From the NCBI GenBank assembly GCA_030637655.1, contig DAOWGI010000033.1, positions 1 through 27,908 on the forward strand: a stretch of 27,908 nt of DNA, in the 5' to 3' direction. The notes beneath the pieces are model-generated. The model did no database searches. It had not been told where the DNA came from and saw only the letters and a program-made list of their open reading frames with translations. This DNA comes from a candidate division FCPU426 bacterium. GTDB taxonomy: Bacteria > Oederibacteriota > JAAXVQ01 > JAUVAV01. Below, in pieces: positions 1 to 6,550 of the stretch (its first letter is position 1; each line of letters begins with the position of its first letter). Position numbers and translations under genes: made by a program.

Positions 1-253
<253 letters not shown>

Positions 254-272
254 AGATGTTTTTGTTGAAGCG

Positions 273-1184
273 TTATTTCACACCGGATTCCAGGATTTCC
301 AGGGTGCGTTTTCCTGCGTTCAGCCGGGCTTGAACACCATAGGGCAGGGTTACTTGGTTGGTAATATGTCCGAACTTAAAGCCGGAAACCAGCGGTATCT
401 TTAAAGGCGCCAAACGCTGTTGGAAGACTTCCTGCAAAGAAAAACTCTTTCCCGGTCCTTTGGGTTTGCAAGCCATAAAGGTACCCAGTACAATCCCGGC
501 AGCATCCTTTAATTTACCGGCAGCCAGGAGGTGGGTAAGCAGGCGATCTATACGATAGGGCGCTTCGTCAATATCTTCGATAAATACAATGCGGTTTTTA
601 GTTTCCAGCTCATAGGCAGTTCCTAAGCTGGTGGTGAGCAAGGATAAAGTTCCGCCAATGAGCTTGCCTTGGGCAATACCTGAGCGCAAGGTTTGTTTTC
701 CCAGGGGAAGCCGGCCGAGTGGAATTTTCTGAAAAACCGCTTTCTGTAACCAGCGTGTTGAAAAATCGGACAGACCGGTGGCGGCGGCCGGCAGGGGCCC
801 CCAAAAACTGATGAGTCCGGATTTTTGCAAGGCCAGATGGAGCAAAGTAAGATCAGAAAATCCTACCACAACTTTGGGATGCTTTTTTAATATCGTGTTG
901 GGTAGCTGCTCCAATACCCGAGCCAGGCCATAACCGCCGCGAGTGAAAAATATACCTTTGACTTTTGGATTCGTAAAAGCAGTCCGCAGATCATATGCGC
1001 GTTGTTGATCCGTGCCGGCCAAATACCCGGTGCGTTGTAAGGCGTACTTTCCTAAAACGACCCGAAGTCCGAGAGCTGCCAATTGCTTCACAGCTACAGT
1101 TATTGAAGTGCTGCTGTGCGGCGGTGAGGCAGGTGAAAGCAGTGCGACCTGGTCTTTGGGTTGTAAACAGGCTGGATGTAGCAT
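273..1184 (-). CDS. ldcA: LD-carboxypeptidase (peptidase S66, muramoyltetrapeptide carboxypeptidase)
   Basis: S66 motifs SPAS, RGGYG, GFSD (catalytic Ser), GGTLS, EDIDE (Glu) and FGH (His); 303 aa. Confidence 0.92.
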   Translation of the reverse strand: MLHPACLQPKDQVALLSPASPPHSSTSITVAVKQLAALGLRVVLGKYALQRTGYLAGTDQQRAYDLRTAFTNPKVKGIFFTRGGYGLARVLEQLPNTILKKHPKVVVGFSDLTLLHLALQKSGLISFWGPLPAAATGLSDFSTRWLQKAVFQKIPLGRLPLGKQTLRSGIAQGKLIGGTLSLLTTSLGTAYELETKNRIVFIEDIDEAPYRIDRLLTHLLAAGKLKDAAGIVLGTFMACKPKGPGKSFSLQEVFQQRLAPLKIPLVSGFKFGHITNQVTLPYGVQARLNAGKRTLEILESGVK

Positions 1185-1190
1185 TTCAGG

Positions 1191-1724
1191 CTAGAAAAGC
1201 AGGCTGCAGATGATAAAAGCAGCAATGATTCCGGTGAAATCTCCCAGGAGCGAGGCTGGGAGGGCATGTCTGGTTTTTCGAACCGCAATGGAACCAAAAT
1301 ATACAGCTAAAACGTAAAAAGTGGTTTCAGTTGATCCTTCAATAACACTGACCAGGCGTCCGACGAAACTATCCGGACCGAAGTTCTGGAAAACATCGGA
1401 GATTAGTCCCAGGGTTCCGGAACCGGAGAGCGGGCGTAGCAGAGCAATTGGCAATGCTTCCGGAGGGAATCCCACCCAACTGGTGATAGGGCGCAAGAGC
1501 GCGATCAGTAAATCCATGGCGCCGCTGGCACGAAACATTCCGATGGCAACCAGGATGGCTACCAGATATGGGATTATTTTTACCCCAATCCAGAAGCCTT
1601 CTTTGGCTCCTTCGATGAAACTCTCATAGACCTTTATTTTTTTAACGGCTATGGCATACAGCGGAATGCCCAAGAGCAACAACGGGACCACCCAATTGGA
1701 AGCAGCGTTTAAAAACTCTTTCAT
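1191..1724 (-). CDS. spmB: Spore maturation protein B-like membrane protein (nucleoside recognition/Gate domain)
   Basis: KKIKVYESFIEGAKEG, LLRPLSGSG and GSTETTFYVLAVYFGS motifs; ATGA overlap with the upstream spmA stop. Confidence 0.9.
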   Translation of the reverse strand: MKEFLNAASNWVVPLLLLGIPLYAIAVKKIKVYESFIEGAKEGFWIGVKIIPYLVAILVAIGMFRASGAMDLLIALLRPITSWVGFPPEALPIALLRPLSGSGTLGLISDVFQNFGPDSFVGRLVSVIEGSTETTFYVLAVYFGSIAVRKTRHALPASLLGDFTGIIAAFIICSLLF

Positions 1725-2332
1725 TTGGGATCACCTCCGGATGGGTTGCTTTTTTTAAAATAGGGCAGACTCGCGAAAAATTTTGCGCTAAAGACGGCAA
1801 CCAGCGTGGAACAGGTGGTAGCCAGTATGGCGGCAATGATTATTTCCGAAGGATTTTTTGAGCCCGAAGCAGCCCGCAGTCCGATGACCACAGCCGGTAT
1901 CAGTTGTACAGAGCTGGAGTTTAAGGCCAAAAAGGTACACATGGCATTGGTGGCTGTTTCCTGATCTTTATTTAAAGTCTGCAATTCTTGCATGGCTTTT
2001 AATCCCAGGGGAGTGGCCGCGTTACCCAGACCGAGCATATTGGCGCCCATGTTCAGGGCTATAGCACCTAAGGCTGGATGGTCTTTGGGGACTTCGGGAA
2101 AGAGCCAGCGAAAGAGGGGACGCAGTAATTTGGCCAAGGCTTGCACCAAGCCTGCGTCTTGGGCAATGCGCATCAAGCCTAAAAAGAGCGCCATGGCGCC
2201 GATCAAACCGATGGATAATTCTACTGCGCTGGTGGCGGATTGGAAGGCGGCCTTGGAAACCTCGGACATGGTTCCGCGGAAGGCGGCAGTGAGTACGGCC
2301 AAAAGGATGAGACTCAACCAGACAATGTTCAA
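1721..2332 (-). CDS. spmA: Spore maturation protein A-like membrane protein (nucleoside recognition/Gate domain)
   Basis: LFPEVPKDHPA and ANMLGLGNAATPLGLKAMQELQ motifs; TTG start preceded by AAAGGAG. Confidence 0.9.
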   Translation of the reverse strand: MNIVWLSLILLAVLTAAFRGTMSEVSKAAFQSATSAVELSIGLIGAMALFLGLMRIAQDAGLVQALAKLLRPLFRWLFPEVPKDHPALGAIALNMGANMLGLGNAATPLGLKAMQELQTLNKDQETATNAMCTFLALNSSSVQLIPAVVIGLRAASGSKNPSEIIIAAILATTCSTLVAVFSAKFFASLPYFKKSNPSGGDPK

Positions 2333-2412
2333 AGCAATGTCTCCTTTCGCATATAAAATGGCTGTAACTACTCAGGTGTGTAAAAAAACTATTCGAGTAT
2401 TCACGCTTGGAC

Positions 2413-2551
2413 GGCCGCTTTGGTCTTTTTTCAAGCGCGCCAAAGCGGAAAACCAAGGTCCAGACCGGCAACGGGCAATAGGAGGATGTGTTTTTCTAAA
2501 CCACATCTCCGCAGTTGCCGCTGCCCCGCTTGAAAAAAGACCAAAGCGGCC
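2413..2551. repeat. 139-bp palindromic element with perfect 25-bp terminal inverted repeats
   Basis: GGCCGCTTTGGTCTTTTTTCAAGCG (2413-2437) is the exact reverse complement of 2527-2551; internal stems CGGCAAC/GTTGCCG and GATGTG/CACATC. Confidence 0.85.
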
Positions 2552-2584
2552 TGCTCCTTGCAGACCTGAGTAGTTACTAATAGT

Positions 2585-2747
2585 GTAGTGTCTCCAAAAT
2601 ATGGGTACATTTGATTTTATACTTCTATCGTCATTCCGGCATGCTTTCAGCCGGAATCCAGGGGTTTTGTTTGAAAAAGTCACAGTCCTGGACCCCGGCT
2701 ACAATCATGCCGGGGTGACGTCTGTACCGTTAATTAAGAGACACTAC
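2585..2747. mobile_element. MITE-like element with 10-bp TIR and 6-bp TSD, enclosing a GTCA-CCGG palindromic core
   Basis: TIR GTAGTGTCTC (2585-2594) / GAGACACTAC (2738-2747); direct repeat AATAGT at 2579-2584 and 2748-2753; core at 2629-2720. Confidence 0.75.
2629..2720. repeat. Paired-hairpin REP-like core (GTCATTCCGG...CCGGAATCCAG / CTGGACCCCGG...CCGGGGTGAC)
   Basis: Two inverted half-sites, each an internal hairpin; a related copy lies at 9966-10058. Confidence 0.8.
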
Positions 2748-2840
2748 AATAGTTTTTAATTGTAGCGGCCTGAGGCCCTTGCGGTCAAATCAATAATAGC
2801 AAAATCGTATTTTATTCATGGCCGGATGAGTTGAAATCTA

Positions 2841-2849
2841 TGCTATAAT
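2841..2849 (+). promoter_or_regulatory. Extended -10 promoter element (TGnTATAAT) for rmlC
   Basis: TGCTATAAT about 35 bp upstream of the rmlC start; the same 9-mer occurs at 20960 and 21576 upstream of other genes. Confidence 0.6.
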
Positions 2850-2882
2850 TTCAAAAATAAATTTACAATGAGGTGCGCGGTA

Positions 2883-3422
2883 ATGAAATTTACGTCACTG
2901 CGTTTGCAAGATGTAATTTGCATTGAACCGAAAGTTTTTAGCGATGAACGCGGTTTTTTTCTGGAAAGTTATCAGGCTGAACGTTTTGCCGGGCAGGGCA
3001 TTACCTTGCCGTTTGTGCAGGACAATCACAGCCGCTCAACCAAGGGTGTATTGCGCGGATTGCATTATCAGCTCGCGCCCTGTGAACAAGGAAAATTGGT
3101 CCGGGTGACAAAGGGCGCTATTTTTGATGTAGCGGTGGATATTCGGCCGGGATCAGCCACCTTTGGACAATGGGTAGGCGAAATACTGGATGCTGAGAAT
3201 AAAAAAATGCTCTATATTCCGCCCGGCTTTGCCCATGGTTTTTGCGCTGTGCAGGACCAAACCGATGTGCTGTACAAAGCCACCCACGTGTATGCGCCGG
3301 AATCAGACCGGGGAATTTTATGGAATGATCCGGATATTGGCATTGCCTGGCCGGATATTGGCATGGAATATTTAATCTCACCCAAAGACCGTAATAATCC
3401 CTGTTTAAAAGAGCTTACTTAA
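2883..3422 (+). CDS. rmlC: dTDP-4-dehydrorhamnose 3,5-epimerase
   Basis: DERGFF, FVQDNHSRS, GVLRGLHYQ, QGKLVRV and IPPGFAHGF motifs; start moved to ATG 2883 following GAGGTG. Confidence 0.95.
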   Translation: MKFTSLRLQDVICIEPKVFSDERGFFLESYQAERFAGQGITLPFVQDNHSRSTKGVLRGLHYQLAPCEQGKLVRVTKGAIFDVAVDIRPGSATFGQWVGEILDAENKKMLYIPPGFAHGFCAVQDQTDVLYKATHVYAPESDRGILWNDPDIGIAWPDIGMEYLISPKDRNNPCLKELT

Positions 3423-3440
3423 TCTGTTTTTAAGTGCTGA

Positions 3441-3704
3441 GGTGAATTGTAATCACAAGTGCAACATTTTGAAAATAGTTAGTTCATTTTAAAGGCAGCA
3501 AAAAAAGATCCACCACCAAGGCACGAAGACACAAAGGAACACCAAGGAAAGAAAAAGGCTAGGAACTATTAAAGCTAATATTAAAACCTTTGTGAAACTT
3601 AGTGCCTTGGTGACTTAGTGGTGAATCTTTTAAAGGGTTTTTATCACCTATCTATTGCTTGTGCTTGTCTTTTGTTGGTGTTGCAATATGAGTTACAATC
3701 TGCC
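3441..3704 (+). mobile_element. MITE-like element, family A copy 1 (26-bp ends, degenerate 15-bp TSD)
   Basis: Ends GGTGAATTGTAATCACAAGTGCAACA (3441-3466) and TGTTGCAATATGAGTTACAATCTGCC (3679-3704) are identical to the ends of the inverted copy at 9902-10154. Flanks GTTTTTAAGTGCTGA / GTTTTTAAATGCCGG match at 12/15. Internal CACCAAG-type inverted repeat at about 3503-3631. Confidence 0.85.
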
Positions 3705-3819
3705 GTTTTTAAATGCCGGCAAATAAACCATTGTACTTTAAGGTGGATTTTGTTAATATTCTTTACCTTTGCTTACGAGCAAAAGTATATGTTTTAAAAA
3801 GAAAGGAAGTTGTTACGTA

Positions 3820-4074
3820 ATGCCGATATATGAGTATGAATGTCAAACCTGTGGAGCGAATTTTGAACTGATTCAATCCATGTCTGCTCCCAATCCAAAA
3901 CAGTGCGAAAAGTGCGGGCAGGGACCTGTACAACGTTTGATATCCCGTTCCGGCTTTGTTCTCAAAGGCGGAGGGTTTTACAGCAATGAATATCCTTCCA
4001 GCAGTCGTAAGGCCGGTTTGCAAGCGGAGAGTAAAGGCAGTTCGGATTCCAAAGCAACCGCGACTGGTAAATAA
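3820..4074 (+). CDS. FmdB-family zinc-ribbon regulatory protein
   Basis: MPIYEYECQTCG...CEKCG...LISRSGFVLKGGGFY; start at ATG 3820 after AAAGGAAG. Confidence 0.88.
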   Translation: MPIYEYECQTCGANFELIQSMSAPNPKQCEKCGQGPVQRLISRSGFVLKGGGFYSNEYPSSSRKAGLQAESKGSSDSKATATGK

Positions 4075-4133
4075 CCGCATTTTAGCAGGGCACATTCCCT
4101 GCGCTCCGGTTTTCCAAAGGAAAAGACACCTGG

Positions 4134-4640
4134 CTAGGTTGTCTTTTCAACATCCTTATTTAAAATGCGATTGATCAATTCTGAAACCTGTTGCAGTGTG
4201 ACCCGGCTGTAGACCTGTTCATTGATGGTCACTACCGGGGCCAGTCCGCATACGCCCAGACAACGCGTGTTTTCCAAAGAAAACATTCCGTCTTTGGTGG
4301 TCTCGCCCAGGCCAATGCCCAATTCGGTTTGGAAAGCATTCAGCACTTTGTCCGCGCCTTTTACAAAGCAGGCGGTTCCCATGCAAACGGAAATGGCATA
4401 TTTGCCGCGCGGTTGGAGGCGGAAGAAATGGTAAAAGGTGGAAACGCCGCTTACGGTGGAGGCGGGGACTTGCAGACGTTGGGCGACTTCGTACATATGC
4501 TCCTCAGACAAGTAACCGTACTTATCCTGGATTTTATGCAAAATGTCCATCAGATAGCTCTCGGAATGTTCTTTTTGCAAACAGGTTTCTATAAAGGAAA
4601 CGATGTCAGGATGCAAGGTATATTCGGTTTTAGTTGTCAT
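4134..4640 (-). CDS. hydC: [FeFe]-hydrogenase small [2Fe-2S] subunit (NuoE/HydC/HndA-like)
   Basis: VSGVSTFYHFF, VCMGTACFVKG and RCLGVCGLAPV motifs; ATGA overlap with the hydA stop. Confidence 0.9.
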   Translation of the reverse strand: MTTKTEYTLHPDIVSFIETCLQKEHSESYLMDILHKIQDKYGYLSEEHMYEVAQRLQVPASTVSGVSTFYHFFRLQPRGKYAISVCMGTACFVKGADKVLNAFQTELGIGLGETTKDGMFSLENTRCLGVCGLAPVVTINEQVYSRVTLQQVSELINRILNKDVEKTT

Positions 4641-6391
4641 TTCACACCTCGTGGATTCCGGGGAAAGTATTTGGTATGCAAGAGATGACGCGCTTTCTCA
4701 CTGCCCGGATGGGAAAGATATTTTTCATATAATTCTTTGATGTATGGATTGTCATGTGATTTGCGGACCTGTTTTTTCTGGTCAATGGTATACAAGGCCT
4801 GCGCGCGCAGTTTGTGTATTTCTTTGTCCAGAATATGGCGTCCTGCCGGAGGATAGGGTTGACCGCCGCCGCCGATGCAGCCGCCCGGACAGGCCATAAG
4901 TTCAATAAGGTGATATTGTTTCTCGCCGGATTTTACTTTTTCCAGGATCGCGCGGGCATTGGTTAGGCCGTTGGCTACGGCGACATTCAGGGTTTTGCCT
5001 GCTACCTTCAGCGAGGCTTCTTTTAAACCTTCCGCGTTACGGACCTGGGTGAAATTTAAATTTTTAAGAGATTCGCCGGTTAGCTTTTCTACGACTGTCC
5101 GGAGCGCGGCTTCCATAACACCGCCGGTGGCGCCAAAAATATCCGCCGCGCCGGAAGAGAAGCCCAGGGGACTATCAAAATCTTCTTCCGACAGCTTGGT
5201 GAAGTCAATACCATATGCTTTGATCATCCAGATAAGTTCGCGCGTGGTCAAGACCGCGTCTGTGTAAGGAAGTCCGCCGGCCGTGCGGTGTTCCGGACGC
5301 TGGATCTCGAATTTTTTCGCAGTGCACGGCATAATGCCCACCACGTAAATATCCTTGGGATCCAGCGATTTTATTTCCGCGTAATAGGTTTTTAACAACA
5401 CAGAAAGCATGGTCATGGGTGAACTACAACTGGAAGCATGCGGGATTAGTTCCGGAAAAAAGTGCTCCAAATATTTAATCCAGCCCGGAGAACAGGATGT
5501 CAGTAAAGGCAGGTTTTCATTTTTCTCCAATCGGCCGATAAATTCATGCGCTTCTTCCACCACGGTTAAGTCAGCGCCGAAATTGGTATCAAACACAGTA
5601 TCAAAGCCCAAACGCCGCAAGGCCGTTACCGTCTGCAGGGTGGCCGGAGTTCCCGGAGCCAGTCCGAAGCCCTCGCCAATAGCAGCCCGAATGGACGGGG
5701 CGATTTGCGCAATCACATGTTTGCCGGGATCGGCCAAGGCCTGCCAGACTTCATCTGTGGAACGCTGCTCCAGGAAGGCGGCGGTGGGACAAACATTAAT
5801 GCATTGTCCGCAATTGATGCAGACCGAATCCTTAAGCGGTGCCTCAAAAGCCGGGGCAACCACATTTTTTACACCCCGATGCATCTGGCTTAAATTATGT
5901 ACGCCTTGTATTTCCGAACAGACGCGTATGCAGCGATGGCAGAGAATGCATTTTTCCGAATCACGAACCACTGAGAGACTGGAATTCTCAATGGGGAATT
6001 GTTTGCGTTTGCCCTCAAAAAGACGTTCGCGCACACCTAAGGAGTAGGCCAGATTCTGCAATTCGCATTGGCCGTCCCGTTCGCAGGTCTGGCATTCGCG
6101 CGGGTGATTGTCCAAAATGAGTTCGATCAGATCGCGCCGGGCTTGACGGATTTCCGGAGAGTTGGTTCTGATGTTCATGCCTGCTTGGACCTCAGTGGAG
6201 CAGGAGGTCTGAAAGGTCCGGGCGCCTTCTACTTCCACCACACAGATGCGGCAAGCGCCTTCTACCGAGAGATCCGGATGATAGCACAAACGCGGAATGT
6301 GGATGCCGATTGTTTGCGCGGCTTCCATGATTGTGGTTTTTTCCGGTACGCTGATGGGCAGGTTGTCGATGGTTAGCTGAATAGTTTTCAT
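4637..6391 (-). CDS. hydA: [FeFe]-hydrogenase group A catalytic subunit (HydA/HndD-like)
   Basis: H-cluster motifs TSCSPGW, MPCTAKKFE and ELMACPGGCIGGGGQP; N-terminal 2Fe-2S, His-ligated 4Fe-4S (HPRECQTC) and two 4Fe-4S domains; start at ATG 6391 after AGAGG. Confidence 0.96.
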   Translation of the reverse strand: MKTIQLTIDNLPISVPEKTTIMEAAQTIGIHIPRLCYHPDLSVEGACRICVVEVEGARTFQTSCSTEVQAGMNIRTNSPEIRQARRDLIELILDNHPRECQTCERDGQCELQNLAYSLGVRERLFEGKRKQFPIENSSLSVVRDSEKCILCHRCIRVCSEIQGVHNLSQMHRGVKNVVAPAFEAPLKDSVCINCGQCINVCPTAAFLEQRSTDEVWQALADPGKHVIAQIAPSIRAAIGEGFGLAPGTPATLQTVTALRRLGFDTVFDTNFGADLTVVEEAHEFIGRLEKNENLPLLTSCSPGWIKYLEHFFPELIPHASSCSSPMTMLSVLLKTYYAEIKSLDPKDIYVVGIMPCTAKKFEIQRPEHRTAGGLPYTDAVLTTRELIWMIKAYGIDFTKLSEEDFDSPLGFSSGAADIFGATGGVMEAALRTVVEKLTGESLKNLNFTQVRNAEGLKEASLKVAGKTLNVAVANGLTNARAILEKVKSGEKQYHLIELMACPGGCIGGGGQPYPPAGRHILDKEIHKLRAQALYTIDQKKQVRKSHDNPYIKELYEKYLSHPGSEKARHLLHTKYFPRNPRGVK

Positions 6392-6411
6392 GATTGTAAA
6401 CCTCTTTTTAA

Positions 6412-6548
6412 GGGCGGACAAGTGAATCCGCTCCTACCTGTTTGCGGGCGCACTTGGTGCGCCCCTACAATGATGGGCAGACACGGGGGTCTGCCCCTAC
6501 GGTTATTGATATTTTTACGGTGCGGGCGAACACAAGGTTCGCCCCTAC
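6412..6548 (-). repeat. Tandem array of four GTAG-type REP palindromes
   Basis: Four units at 6412-6437, 6445-6468, 6475-6500 and 6524-6548, each reading GTAGGRGC-hairpin-GCCC on the minus strand with different inner stems. Confidence 0.9.
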
Positions 6549-6550
6549 GA

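Noticed and set aside
1191-2332. Evidence that the organism sporulates
   Set aside because: SpmA/B homologues occur in non-sporulating bacteria, the window encodes outer-membrane proteins, and no other sporulation genes are present.
1992-2683. ORFs 1992-2573 (+), 2022-2471 (-) and 2372-2683 (-)
   Set aside because: They overlap spmA or run through palindromic repeats and have no protein-family features.
2629-2720. tRNA or riboswitch
   Set aside because: No cloverleaf or T-loop consensus. The dyad-symmetric design and a second copy at 9966-10058 indicate a dispersed repeat.
6392-6421. Longer N-termini given by the ORF track (hydA 6421, hydB 8776, fba 9858, and 2868, 3769, 17474, 19227, 21770)
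   Set aside because: Downstream starts have better SD sequences and family-typical N-termini, and some extensions run into REPs or upstream genes.
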